DNA of 64,000 bases from Gammaproteobacteria bacterium (GCA_965238175.1 CBDEGZ010000003.1:960001-1024000), one strand, 5' to 3'. Shown: positions 1-10,176, counted from the stretch's first letter. The notes: generated by a model not told the origin, from the sequence alone. Program-made: numbers and translations.

Positions 1-1215
1 CTTTCACGACATGTACAACTTAGTACAGCAATATTAGTTGCTAACCTTGGTTTCTTTCTAGTCGGTGTTGTCTTAATACTCGGCTCAATATTCATTGGTA
101 AGTTTGCTGCAGCCTGGACTTTTTTATATCCCTTGCCAGCAATGGGACAAGGTATTTGGGGTAATCATGCAGCGGCCAGCTTTTTGCTTGGGCTATTACT
201 CGTCGGTGTTGGCTTCTTGTTACTTTACCTTGATACAGCGCGTGCCATCATGAAGAAGTATGGCAATTTAGCAAAAGCACTTGGTTGGCCACAGATTTTT
301 GCCAATAGTCAGGATGAAGCTCCACCACCTGCTGTCGTCGCCAGTACGATGGTCTTAATCGTCAATATTGCTGGGATTGCTGCAGGTGCTGTTGTTATTG
401 TCTTGAGTTTGGTCAATCTTTATCTGCCGGCATTTGAACTGGATCCCCTACTTGTAAAAAATCTGATCTATTTTTTCGGGCATATATTTATTAATGCGAC
501 GATCTATCAAGCGGTCATTGCTGTATATGAGATCTTACCGCAATATACACAACGTCCATGGAAATCTTCAAAAGTATTTTTAATGGCATGGACAGCATCA
601 ACCTTAATGGTAATGTCAGTTTATCCACATCACTTGTTAATGGACTTTGCGATGCCAACCTGGGCATTGGTGATGGGACAAATTATTTCTTATATGAGTG
701 GTTTTCCAGTGCTCGTTGTCACGGCTTATGGAGCTTTGACAATTATTTATCGCTCTGGTATTAAATGGGATGTAACTTCAGGTTTGTTGATGTTATCGAT
801 GATGGGTTGGGCTTGTGGTGTTATCCCAGCAATTGTTGATGGGACCATTAGTGTCAATAACGTGATGCATAATACATTGTGGGTACCGGGACATTTTCAT
901 ATTTACCTGTTATTAGGTGTGGTACCGATGATCTTTGGTTTTATGTATTATCTGGCGCAAAGTAATGGTGAAAAAGTGGGTCTTTTAGATACACTTGCAT
1001 ACTGGGCCTACTTACTTTCAGGAATGGGTTTTGTGACGATGTTTTTGCTAGGCGGTAAAGAAAGTGTTCCACGTCGCTGGGCAACACATATGGAAGAATG
1101 GATAGCATACGATCAGATCGCTGCCGTATTTGCAACCTTAGTTGTATTAAGTGCATTGGTTTTTGCTTACCGTTTCTTGATACGAATATCCAAGGTGAAT
1201 ATTACTGCTTCATGA
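1..1215 (+). CDS. norY: Heme-copper oxidoreductase subunit I, sNOR/NorY-like nitric oxide reductase (5' end outside window)
   Basis: Frame open from base 1 (AWTFLYPLP). Motifs FFGHIFIN (Asn at the H+4 position where oxidases have the cross-linked Tyr), YPHH and GHFH. Followed by SCO and a membrane ORF. Confidence 0.75.
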   Translation, partial: LSRHVQLSTAILVANLGFFLVGVVLILGSIFIGKFAAAWTFLYPLPAMGQGIWGNHAAASFLLGLLLVGVGFLLLYLDTARAIMKKYGNLAKALGWPQIFANSQDEAPPPAVVASTMVLIVNIAGIAAGAVVIVLSLVNLYLPAFELDPLLVKNLIYFFGHIFINATIYQAVIAVYEILPQYTQRPWKSSKVFLMAWTASTLMVMSVYPHHLLMDFAMPTWALVMGQIISYMSGFPVLVVTAYGALTIIYRSGIKWDVTSGLLMLSMMGWACGVIPAIVDGTISVNNVMHNTLWVPGHFHIYLLLGVVPMIFGFMYYLAQSNGEKVGLLDTLAYWAYLLSGMGFVTMFLLGGKESVPRRWATHMEEWIAYDQIAAVFATLVVLSALVFAYRFLIRISKVNITAS

Positions 1216-1835
1216 ATCGATTGAGTTATATCAGTACTGCTTTAGTTTTTATCTTCTCTGCTACCTTCTGGTGGCAGGGAACGAGCGGCCTTCAGGCATT
1301 TACCAGTGAAACGGCCAGAAGACTTGAAGTTTTAGAATCTCCTAAAACGCTGTCCAATCTAAACTTTGAGAACCAAAATAATGAACCAATCAATTTTGTT
1401 GATTATCAGGGTAAGGTTGTTTTAGTAGATTTTATATACACCCGTTGCCCAGATATTTGTCATGCCTTGGGCTTTGCTTTCAAATCGATTAAAGAAGATC
1501 TGAAAGAACTGGGTTTGGATGATCAGGTACAAATAGCTAACATCAGTTTTGATCTGGAAAATGATATGTCAGAAGAACTCGATGCTTATATTAAACGCTA
1601 TAGCAATGACACAAGTTCATGGCATGGATTACGTCTTAAAGATCCACAAAAACTCCCTCAGCTTTTAAACGATTTTGGCATCGTTGTTATAGCAAATGAT
1701 CGTGGTGGTTTTGATCACAATGCAGCCATTCATTTATTGGATGAAAAAGGTCGCCTGATTGGTATATATGACTATCAAGCTCAGAAACAGATCGTAAAGC
1801 ATATACGTGAACAGATCGAAACCATAACTTTATGA
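1212..1835 (+). CDS. senC: SCO/SenC family copper chaperone
   Basis: FIYTRCPDIC (CxxxC) plus a conserved His (FDHNA). ATG at 1212 overlaps the norY stop (ATGA), so it is preferred over 1098. Confidence 0.9.
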   Translation: MNRLSYISTALVFIFSATFWWQGTSGLQAFTSETARRLEVLESPKTLSNLNFENQNNEPINFVDYQGKVVLVDFIYTRCPDICHALGFAFKSIKEDLKELGLDDQVQIANISFDLENDMSEELDAYIKRYSNDTSSWHGLRLKDPQKLPQLLNDFGIVVIANDRGGFDHNAAIHLLDEKGRLIGIYDYQAQKQIVKHIREQIETITL

Positions 1836-2413
1836 TTAAGCCTGTATTGGTTTATGCATTTGGTCTTTATGCAATTAGTTATTCTCTAATAGGAGAGTGG
1901 TTAGAAGCTTCTATGATCAGGCATGTCTTGATCCAAATACCTTGTCTCATTTTACTAGGCTATTTCTATGGTCGTCAGTATTTAAAAAATAATTCCTTTT
2001 TATTATTGATCAACGAAAAGGGTCTGGCGGGTATACTCTTGTGTATTTTTATCGGTGCTTATTGGATGCTACCAAGAGCATTGGATACATCATTGACAAC
2101 GCCTTTAATGGCGTCATTCAAATATTTTTCGTTACCTGTTCTGGTTGGCATTCCATTAGCGATTAGTTGGGAAAAGATCCACCCTATCGCTCAGGCTCTA
2201 GTAAAAATTGAGTTGCTAACGATGTTATACCGATTGGGTTGGCTCTATTTGGTTTCTCCAAATCGATTATGTAATTTTTACCAACTAAACGAACAGGTTC
2301 TATTAGGAAAATCTTTTTTGATCATTGCCCTGCTTATTTCTATTTATTGTGTATGGCAGCTTTTTTCTAATGATTATCGTGAATCGGAAAAAGAACCAGA
2401 AAGCTCAGTTTAA
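1832..2413 (+). CDS. Membrane protein of the norSY-senC-orf1 type cluster (CtaG-like assembly factor)
   Basis: Multi-TM protein with LEASMIRHVLIQIP and WMLPRALD; 4-nt overlap with senC. Confidence 0.65.
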   Translation: MIKPVLVYAFGLYAISYSLIGEWLEASMIRHVLIQIPCLILLGYFYGRQYLKNNSFLLLINEKGLAGILLCIFIGAYWMLPRALDTSLTTPLMASFKYFSLPVLVGIPLAISWEKIHPIAQALVKIELLTMLYRLGWLYLVSPNRLCNFYQLNEQVLLGKSFLIIALLISIYCVWQLFSNDYRESEKEPESSV

Positions 2414-2824
2414 AAATTGTTTTAATTCTCTTTTGTTTTTAATGAGATCAGCCAAAGTAAAATCATCTAAAACACTTAAGAATGCTTGCGTTGCCTGGTT
2501 GAGCGCGGACTGTAAATAACAGGCGGGTAGAAATGGACAAATGGGTTCATTACAATTGACGACATCCAAAGTCTGCTCAGTAGAACGTACAATTTCACCG
2601 ATACTAATTGTCTCTGGTTCATAGGCGAGTTCAAGTCCCCCGCCACGCCCGCGTTTAGAATAGATATAGCCAAGTTTAACCAAATAATTTACAACTTTAA
2701 TCAAATGGTTTCGGGAAATATTAAACGACTCGGCAATATCAGAAATATGACCAAGCTTATCCGGATTTAATGCCAGGTACATAAGCACTCGCAAAGAATA
2801 GTCCGTATATCGTGTTAGTTGCAT
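2405..2824 (-). CDS. nsrR: NO-sensing Rrf2-family repressor NsrR
   Basis: MQLTRYTDYSLRVLMYLA, SRNHLIKVV, RGRGGG and three C-terminal Cys (NCNEPICPFLPAC). Confidence 0.9.
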   Translation of the reverse strand: MQLTRYTDYSLRVLMYLALNPDKLGHISDIAESFNISRNHLIKVVNYLVKLGYIYSKRGRGGGLELAYEPETISIGEIVRSTEQTLDVVNCNEPICPFLPACYLQSALNQATQAFLSVLDDFTLADLIKNKRELKQFLN

Positions 2825-3099
2825 TGATAAATATCCTTAATAACAAGAAAATAAGTCATGAACACATTTTCCACCTAATTATTGTAAATAAAATATAACA
2901 ATATCATATGGAATGAAAAAGAGGGTAGATAGTAACTGAATGTTTACATTGTCTTAACACCTAATTGCGGAAACCAACTTAAACGGAGAAGTGACAAATG
3001 AATAATATGCATTCAGGCAACCACATATTTTGATATGTTGACTGTGGATATAAGTGAATAGATAATATCGAAAAAAGGAATTTCGTAACAGTTTTGTTT

Positions 3100-3493
3100 A
3101 TTTAATAGGGGTTTCTTACCCAAAATCTGGTATTTATAATGAGGAAAAAAATACTAGAATTTCCACTTGGGAAAAAGGGATCAGTTTTACTGAAACAATC
3201 ACAGAATATATTCCGCAAAAACGTATGACGTAGACATATGACTTCAAGCCGAGTGATATTCTACATAATGCACTAGACGAACATCTTGAAATCGGAGGAA
3301 AATATTTCGACGTGATAGATACAACGTATGTAACCAAACAATTAGCAAACAAAATAAGACCAAGCTTACGTTATTGATAATACAGGATCTCAACTAACTT
3401 AAATTGGTACTCGAACCCGTGGGCACAGTTTCTAATTTCAAACTTTCAAAGTCAGATTTTGTATGTCTATAAAATCGCTCAGAAACCAGTTAA
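3100..3493 (+). pseudogene. Decayed gene fragment, possibly SRPBCC-like cassette gene
   Basis: Frame RISTWEKGISFTETITEY..*..ALDEHLEIGGKYFDVIDTTY has internal stops and frameshifts and ends before an attC-like site. Boundaries approximate. Confidence 0.4.
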
Positions 3494-3495
3494 TG

Positions 3496-3553
3496 TGGCA
3501 ACTTTGCGGCTGGGCGCAAAAAAGACGTGCGCCCATTCTTGTAGGCATTATTA
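3496..3553 (+). repeat. Degenerate attC-like site
   Basis: Central stem GGGCGCA...TGCGCCC between two ORFs; R boxes decayed. Confidence 0.4.
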
Positions 3554-3595
3554 AGGCAAGGAGTAAGTCTGATTAAACTTTTACTTATACCTGGA

Positions 3596-4246
3596 ATGGA
3601 TGGTACAGGAGAATTGTTTAACCCTTTATTGGATGAGTTACCTGAGCACATTAACACTCATGTGATCTGTTTGAACTCTTTAACGGCTAATGAGCCAAAA
3701 GTCCAAGCAATCGAAATTGCATCAACTCTTGGTGATGAAGAAGTTATAATTTTATCTGAATCATATTCAAGCTATATCGCTTATCAGTTATGTTTACTAT
3801 CTCATTTGAATATTAAACACGTAATATTTTCAGCTGGTTTCTTAAGTAATCCATCTAAACTTAGTTATTTAAGAAATGTTCTACCGTTAAATATTATTCG
3901 TTCAGGTTTTATTCCTGGCCATATTCTTAGTTTATTTTTGTTTGCTCAGCGTAATAACGACAAATTGGTAAAGTTGTTTAATTCATCTTTACAGTCAGTC
4001 ACTAATTTCACTTTAAAGCAAAGGCTTGAATATATTGCGAACTTAACTACTCCAGCACAAGAGTTAACTATTCCAGCGACTTACGTACAAGCAAGTAATG
4101 ATTATCTTGTTAGTAAAAAATCGGTGGATGTCTTTACTAAAATATGTATAAATATTAATGTGGTTAAAGCAGAAGGTGGTCATTTTGTGGTTCAGAGTAA
4201 CCCGCAATTTTTTGTAAAATTAATACAAAATGTAATGGCTTTATAA
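3596..4246 (+). CDS. Alpha/beta hydrolase (cassette gene; true start may be slightly upstream)
   Basis: (LIPG)MDGTGELF, nucleophile-like SESYSS, C-terminal GGHF. Confidence 0.75.
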   Translation: MDGTGELFNPLLDELPEHINTHVICLNSLTANEPKVQAIEIASTLGDEEVIILSESYSSYIAYQLCLLSHLNIKHVIFSAGFLSNPSKLSYLRNVLPLNIIRSGFIPGHILSLFLFAQRNNDKLVKLFNSSLQSVTNFTLKQRLEYIANLTTPAQELTIPATYVQASNDYLVSKKSVDVFTKICININVVKAEGGHFVVQSNPQFFVKLIQNVMAL

Positions 4247-4285
4247 AAAGCACCATAGAGGTGCGTTATATTTTCCAATAAGATA

Positions 4286-4918
4286 ATGACAAGATTCATA
4301 TTAATTGCTTTGATACTATTTTCTCAAAACGTTAGGAGTGAGAGTTTTGAGGATGATATTGTGCTTGCTGCAGTAGGCCGGACGAAGCATGAAGTTCGCT
4401 ACGATGGCGCATACTTTTCGATTCCATATCCAAATGGCGATGTGCCAGCGGACATTGGTGTTTGCACTGATGTCGTCATTAGGTCATATCGTGCACTCGG
4501 TACAGATCTTCAAGTCTTGGTACACGAAGATATGGCCAATAATTTTAGCCTTTATCCATCAAAACGAATTTGGGGACATAAATCTACGGATAGAAATATA
4601 GATCATCGTCGCGTGCTCAACCTGCAAGTGTTCTTCTCTAGGCACGGGGGATCACTTCCTATTACCGATAAAAAACAAGATTATGCGCCAGGCGATATCG
4701 TCACATGGCTATTACCAGGAAATTTGCCTCATATAGGCATTGTTACCAACCGGGTATCACTCCGTACAGGAAATCCACTTATTGCTCACAATATTGGCTC
4801 AGGGCCAAATCTTGATGATATGCTCTTCGCATACAAAATAACGGGGCATTATCGCTACATACCAAAAAAGTATAACAATTTAAGCAAGCTGGAGGCGCTA
4901 CAGCGCACACCTTCTTAA
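4286..4918 (+). CDS. DUF1287 (YijF-like) protein, cassette gene
   Basis: YPNGDVP..GVCTDVVIR, DRNIDHRRV, PGDIVTW, LPHIGIV, HNIG; signal peptide. Confidence 0.85.
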   Translation: MTRFILIALILFSQNVRSESFEDDIVLAAVGRTKHEVRYDGAYFSIPYPNGDVPADIGVCTDVVIRSYRALGTDLQVLVHEDMANNFSLYPSKRIWGHKSTDRNIDHRRVLNLQVFFSRHGGSLPITDKKQDYAPGDIVTWLLPGNLPHIGIVTNRVSLRTGNPLIAHNIGSGPNLDDMLFAYKITGHYRYIPKKYNNLSKLEALQRTPS

Positions 4919-4926
4919 AGTGATGC
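4870..4926 (+). repeat. attC-like recombination site
   Basis: R'' GTATAAC, inner arms TTTAAGCAAG / CTTCTTAAA with one unpaired base, R' GTGATGC (GTT>GTG). This cassette begins GTTATAT at 4265. Confidence 0.6.
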
Positions 4927-5345
4927 GTATGTCTAAAGAATGCCCGGAGCACTTATGGAGACATCCAACTGCAGCAGCAATTGATAGCCTGGCCACAAGA
5001 TTTAATTTGCCAAATCACGAAGGAATGCAGGATTGGGAACATGAGGTTGCCGATCCAAATAGAGTTGTTGAGTTCATAGACGCATATAAAAATGGTGAGC
5101 TATCCGAAGACGAACGATTTACAATTATGGAAACCATAATTCAATCATTTGAGGAGCAGGAGCGATCCTTAGACGATAGCAAGGAGTGGAAGGAGGTGTT
5201 GAATTTGATCGAATCAAATGTTGATCTACATATTTACACTATTTGGTATTGGTCCCTTGTGGAAGAGGAATCCGAAAACAATTGGTGGAATGTTACTAAA
5301 TTCATACGACAAATTTTTGAAGGAAACTGTGACAAATACACATAA
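4920..5345 (+). CDS. Hypothetical protein (cassette gene)
   Basis: 141-aa ORF (MQDWEHEVAD) starting right at the attC R' box. Confidence 0.65.
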   Translation: MMRMSKECPEHLWRHPTAAAIDSLATRFNLPNHEGMQDWEHEVADPNRVVEFIDAYKNGELSEDERFTIMETIIQSFEEQERSLDDSKEWKEVLNLIESNVDLHIYTIWYWSLVEEESENNWWNVTKFIRQIFEGNCDKYT

Positions 5346-5393
5346 AAAGCGCACTTTGTCGTGATGCGAGGCGTTGCACGGTAGGTCGGAAAT

Positions 5394-5819
5394 TTGAATG
5401 TGAGTAATAAATTGGCAAGGCGAGTTTGGTACATAATATTTTTGGTAGTTGGTATTGCTATTGGTAGTTCAGGCGGCTGGTTTCTGTCTTTTCTCCATAA
5501 TAAAAATGCTGTTCTCCAGCCTATAGAATTGGGAACTGTTTTAAAATTTTCAAATATACGAATAAGTGAAAGTAAATTTTCATGTGAAGGTCATTTAGCG
5601 AAAACAGTTGGTGGTGTAGTCGCTTCAATATATGAATCAAATTCGAGAAATACCAGAAATATGGTTTTATATAAGTGCAATGCATCAATATGTTCATTAT
5701 CAGTTACAAGTTGTAAACCCTGGCAGTCGTCAGAGTGTGGCTCGCGTACATTGCGTTTCAATATTACAGAGCAACAGAAAATAGATGAAAATTCATTTGC
5801 GTGTATTGATGTACCGTAA
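5394..5819 (+). CDS. Hypothetical membrane-anchored Cys-rich protein
   Basis: N-terminal TM segment, six Cys. Confidence 0.55.
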   Translation: MNVSNKLARRVWYIIFLVVGIAIGSSGGWFLSFLHNKNAVLQPIELGTVLKFSNIRISESKFSCEGHLAKTVGGVVASIYESNSRNTRNMVLYKCNASICSLSVTSCKPWQSSECGSRTLRFNITEQQKIDENSFACIDVP

Positions 5820-5899
5820 TCGTTTCACAGATAGTCAATTGACGCACCCTAGTCGCTAGTCCAGGCAGCAGTAAAAAAGTATTAGAAACTGACTATATT

Positions 5900-6250
5900 G
5901 TGGTCTGGAAGGAGGGTAGCAATCAAAGAAACTTCGGTGTTTACCTCTTCAAGGGCGATGGTACTTTCGGAGGCCTTATCAATACGACGACTGCCGGGTT
6001 TGCTCCGGATATTAGCGGGTGTGATAGAGGGCAATGTGCGGATGTCAACGGTGATGGCTTAGCCGATTATACCGTTTCCTTGGATCATAACGGTAAAAGG
6101 GCTTTGGTCGTGCATCTTTCTAAGGGCGATGGCACGTTCAAGGAACGTGTTTATACAGAAAGCAATGGGAATTTCTTACTGGATAGTTTGGGTCGTGACA
6201 GAGGCATGTTTATCAATGCCAATGAGAAAGGGAGAGGGGCAGGTCTTACA
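5900..6250 (+). pseudogene. FG-GAP/VCBS repeat protein fragment
   Basis: ADVNGDGLAD and two KGDGTF repeats; truncated at the REP-like end/IS481 junction. Confidence 0.6.
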
Positions 6251-7476
6251 TGTAGAAGTTTAGACCCAATCTGACACATCACTAAATCAAGCGGAGCGTA
6301 GCGACGCTTGATTTAGTGAGAGTTACCCGCTTTGATGTAACTGCAACGTAAACATCAAAACACAAAGAGGTAACTCTCATGATTCATACTAATGACAAAG
6401 TTATAAAACATAAAGTTGGTCTACTCAATCTCGCTGAAGAACTCGGCAATGTCTCAAAAGCCTGCAAGATGATGGGTTTGTCCAGAGATACATTTTATCG
6501 CTACAAAGAAGCGGCTGATGAAGGCGGTGTAGAAGCCTTGTTTGATCGTAATCGGCGTACCCCAAATCTTAAAAACAGAATCGACCCGGCTATTGAAACC
6601 GTTGTGCTCGAGTATGCACTGGAAGAGCCCGCACATGGTCAAACGCGCACCAGTAACGAGCTGCGCAAACGGGGAACATTTGTCTCACCCAGTGGCGTTC
6701 GTTGTATCTGGCTTCGTCATGGTCTTGCTTGCTTTAAAGATCGCCTGAAGGCATTGTCTGATAAGGTAGCTGGTGAAGGCTTGATCCTCACTGAGTCTCA
6801 AGTCGCGGCGATGGAACGCAAAAAAGACGACGATGAGGCTTGTGGCGAGATAGAGACGGCACACCCTGGTTATCTTGGCTCGCAAGATACTTACTATGTC
6901 GGTACTTTCAAAGGCATTGGTCGGGTTTATCAACAAACGTTTGTTGATACTTACAGCAAGGTCGCTCACGCGAAACTGTACCCGACTAAAACACCGATTA
7001 CGGCAGCTGACATGCTCAATGACCGCGTCCTCCCATTCTACGAAGAACAACGTTTGCCTATGTTGCGCATTTTGACAGATAGAGGGACGGAGTATTGTGG
7101 GCGAGCTGACCAGCATGATTATCAGCTTTATATGGCGTTGAACAATATCGAACACACCAAAACCAAGGTCAAATCACCTCAGACGAATGGTATTTGTGAG
7201 CGATTCCATAAGACGATCCTCAATGAGTTTTATCAAGTCGCTTTGCGTAAGAAAATTTACCAATCGATTGATGAACTGCAACTCGACCTTGACGAATGGT
7301 TGCTCAAATACAATACTCAACGAACTCACCAAGGCAAAATGTGCTGCGGGAGGACGCCGATGGAAACACTCATCGACGGACAAGCTATCTGGAAGGAAAA
7401 GTTTGTGAATTAAACTTAACCTGACAGTCGGTTACTGATAATTGGGTAACTGTCAGATCAAATCTGAATTTCTACA
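6251..7476 (+). mobile_element. IS481-family insertion sequence, copy 1 (1226 bp)
   Basis: Ends TGTAGAAGTTTAGACCCAATCTGACA ... TGTCAGATCAAATCTGAATTTCTACA; 7-bp target duplication TCTTACA. Confidence 0.95.
6379..7413 (+). CDS. IS481-family DDE transposase
   Basis: N-terminal HTH; integrase core SQDT, TDRGTEY, QTNGICERFHKT. Confidence 0.95.
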   Translation: MIHTNDKVIKHKVGLLNLAEELGNVSKACKMMGLSRDTFYRYKEAADEGGVEALFDRNRRTPNLKNRIDPAIETVVLEYALEEPAHGQTRTSNELRKRGTFVSPSGVRCIWLRHGLACFKDRLKALSDKVAGEGLILTESQVAAMERKKDDDEACGEIETAHPGYLGSQDTYYVGTFKGIGRVYQQTFVDTYSKVAHAKLYPTKTPITAADMLNDRVLPFYEEQRLPMLRILTDRGTEYCGRADQHDYQLYMALNNIEHTKTKVKSPQTNGICERFHKTILNEFYQVALRKKIYQSIDELQLDLDEWLLKYNTQRTHQGKMCCGRTPMETLIDGQAIWKEKFVN

Positions 7477-7804
7477 TCTTACATTTGACATAATGCCGAT
7501 TTTTATCCATTTGCCATTTCAAAAGTCTTCACGGCACGACTCACCGTTGCATAGCTTTTGGAATAGGCCACGCCTACTTCCTTTAGCGTATAATGCCCAC
7601 TCAAGTAGGCTCGTGCCATTCCCTCTTTATCTGGGTATTGGGCCAAATAGTAAGTCAGCGGTTGGGATGGGGCTAGCTTTTGTGATCTGGGGATATCTAC
7701 CAGAGATTGTTCTTCTTTATAAGTTTGCACTGGGTATTTTCAACAAACTCATCGGAGTCCAGAAACACTTGACTCTTTAATATGTCAAATGTAAGGCCTG
7801 ACCC
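7477..7804 (-). mobile_element. Internally deleted RAYT derivative (3' ~280 bp of the gene between two REP-like ends; one end split by IS481, remainder at 6236-6250)
   Basis: Reverse complement aligns to 11739-12048 with a frameshift; bounded by GGGTCAGGCCTTACATTTGACA and GGGGCAGGTCTTACA[IS]TTTGACAT. Confidence 0.85.
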
Positions 7805-7920
7805 TGAGGGATCCTCTGAGGGATCCTTTTTGACGTGAGGAATTGCACTTATCGTATGAATTCGCGCTATTGTCGCCTATTTAATGTACCCGTTAAATGT
7901 AGCAGTTTCAGCTTTTGTTT

Positions 7921-8421
7921 CTAATCCCGACCCCACCACTTTTTCCAGTTCAAGTCTTTGAAGCACGTCTTTCCTTCATCTCTATCAAAAAAGAATTTAG
8001 GGATCTCTTTATTCGTCCGTTTGAAATCACCTTTTGAGTATATCGCATGACCATATCCGCAATCGTCGGCTTGATCATTAGTCCGAATGTAAAGTGAGTC
8101 ATTAGTAAACCTAAAATTCATACTACAGTTGATATTCTCATTTTCCTTAATCATGGTGAAGTTTGCTTTCCCTAAACTTTCAATATTCATTTGCCCAACA
8201 ATTGCACCACTATTATAGGAAGGAGCACCACGGTTCAATTCTAAGTAAAAAAGGAGTGTACTATCAGAATTCGGATATACATAGATTACACCTGTCCGTC
8301 CGTTTTCTGGAGTTGTTCCATAGGAGTATGTTCCACCATATCCTAGGTCCTGTCCGTAGGCAGTTTTAATCATTAAAAAGAGTAGTACGAGTATTTTGCT
8401 TTTCATTTTTTCATTAAGCAC
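7921..8421 (-). CDS. Hypothetical exported protein, Bacteroidota-like
   Basis: Signal peptide ending AYGQ; LFYLELNRGAPSYNSG. Confidence 0.7.
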   Translation of the reverse strand: MLNEKMKSKILVLLFLMIKTAYGQDLGYGGTYSYGTTPENGRTGVIYVYPNSDSTLLFYLELNRGAPSYNSGAIVGQMNIESLGKANFTMIKENENINCSMNFRFTNDSLYIRTNDQADDCGYGHAIYSKGDFKRTNKEIPKFFFDRDEGKTCFKDLNWKKWWGRD

Positions 8422-8562
8422 AACGTTGTCGTATAAGAAGAGTAAGGGATTAAAACCTATTTGTTTTTCGGTTTAGTACTTAGCTTAATCTAAATTTAAG
8501 TGGGTTTTAAGCACGAATTCTTTGCTTTAGCTATCTTAGATGGCCTCTTATTAAAAACGAGT

Positions 8563-9274
8563 TTACTGGTATCCTCTGCTAATGTATTTCAACCTGCTTT
8601 TTTCTTTTGTTACCGTTTCTTTTCCATCACAATTATTATCCATATTTACAAAATCTTCTCTCTCCGTTATTGTATTTTTAGCTAGCAGGTCAAAAAAACC
8701 ATTAGTTTCATTATTGGTCATAACTAAAACCTTGTTTTGTAAACTTCCCTGCACAGATTGTATTTCATTCACCATTAAACTGTTTAATTGTATAATTTTT
8801 CAGGATATTCTCTAAAGCATGTGATGCCACTACAAAAAGAAAAATTGTTGCATAGTGGTACGGGTCTGGCCTCGAACTATTGATAGTATATTCGAATTCC
8901 AAATGATCTCTTGTTTTTGGTTATCGTATACGGTGCTGTATCGATTTTTATGTGTTCCATTCTAAGCGTATCAGAAACTCATTCATGGGTGTCTGCGCTT
9001 TCAAAGTATTTGTGCTTTATTTTTCCGGTTTTAGTGTCCGTGATTAAAATTTAGCTATTCAGTGTAAAATAATCCTCCTCTTCCTCTGCAACTTCTAGAA
9101 TCACAATGATGGTTTCTTCAAGATGATCAGGATGTACTTTAGACGCGATTAAATCTGTTTTTATGTTCTCCTTATCTAAGTTTAATTCCCTTAGAAGAGA
9201 ATGAATGTGATTGGGTTTTGAACATAACAATTCAATCCAATGAGCAATGTTATTATGAATATAAATTTTTTCAT
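8563..9274 (-). pseudogene. Decayed exported protein gene (PA3715-like)
   Basis: Starts MKKFIFIITLL; fragments IKIDTAPY..RSFGIR and ICAGKF broken by several stops and frameshifts. Confidence 0.55.
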
Positions 9275-9292
9275 CTTGTTTTATACAACGTT

Positions 9293-10054
9293 TTATTGAG
9301 TTAATCCACTTTCAAAAGCACCTAACACAAATTTTGTATCATTTAAAAAATTCTCTTTAAATAGTTGTGTTGGCACAAGCCATAGTCCTAACTGCAAATG
9401 TTTACGGGTGGAAGAGTTTGATAGTGGTTGCGAGCCAACAAAACGAACTCCAATTTTTCCATCCTTCATTTTTGTATCAATTATGGTAAAACTATAAGCG
9501 TTAAGTTCTATAAAATTATTAAGACCATTCAGCAATCCAAGTATTTCATCAAACGATTTGATTGAACCCATCTTAACTTTAGTAGATGAAATATTAAGTT
9601 GGCTAGACAGCCAACTATCATTTTTGAATGCGTTCAATATTGATTCTTCGGTAAATAAATCGGTAAGATTAACTTTTTCTAGTGTTTGTAAATCTATGGT
9701 TTCGACTGTTATTGTGTTTCCATAATATCCACATCCTGTTTCTGAACCAAAGAAATATTCATAACTAAAATAAGCGCCAACCAATGACAATGGGTTTCGG
9801 TCTATGTTTACCAGAACTGGACATCCTTCAGTTTCGTTGGATTTCCTATAGGCAATTTCCTCTTTTTTAGAATCATAAATCTCAATATCTCTGTAGAATG
9901 CTCTTGTGTTATAAATTACGAAGCCATCGTTATCCTTTGGATAGATCGCTGCATCTTTTTGAGCAAATACCGAATTGATCGGCAATAGAAGTAGAAAGAT
10001 TTTAAGGATTGTTTTCATATGGTTTGTCGCTAGTGGTTCAGACCACTCAGTCAC
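9293..10054 (-). CDS. Hypothetical exported protein, Bacteroidota-like
   Basis: MKTILKIFLLLLPINSVFAQ signal peptide; the likely start is the internal Met. Confidence 0.7.
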   Translation of the reverse strand: MTEWSEPLATNHMKTILKIFLLLLPINSVFAQKDAAIYPKDNDGFVIYNTRAFYRDIEIYDSKKEEIAYRKSNETEGCPVLVNIDRNPLSLVGAYFSYEYFFGSETGCGYYGNTITVETIDLQTLEKVNLTDLFTEESILNAFKNDSWLSSQLNISSTKVKMGSIKSFDEILGLLNGLNNFIELNAYSFTIIDTKMKDGKIGVRFVGSQPLSNSSTRKHLQLGLWLVPTQLFKENFLNDTKFVLGAFESGLTQ

Positions 10055-10120
10055 GCTTGTTTTTGTTAATGATTCTTTAATTTCAAAGAGTTCCTAATTG
10101 TTACGAACGCATGCTGCAAA

Positions 10121-10176
10121 AATTAAAAACGCAGGCAGGCGACGCAAAATGCGCGCGCCTGCTACGAGCGTTAGGC
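10121..10176 (+). repeat. attC-like site
   Basis: Stem GCAGGCG...CGCCTGC and canonical R' GTTAGGC; R'' decayed (TTAAAA). Confidence 0.6.

Noticed and set aside
1098-1211. Longer SCO start at 1098
   Set aside because: Overlaps norY by more than 100 nt; the ATGA-coupled start at 1212 gives a normal membrane anchor.
3004-3030. AATATG-N14-CATATT upstream of nsrR as an NsrR operator
   Set aside because: Spacing does not fit the 11-1-11 NsrR consensus.
5340-5380. Possible attC after ORF 4920
   Set aside because: ACATAAA...GTTGCAC is too degenerate to call.
6454-7408. Repeated small ORFs within the three IS481 copies
   Set aside because: Shadow frames of the transposase, repeated only because the IS is repeated.
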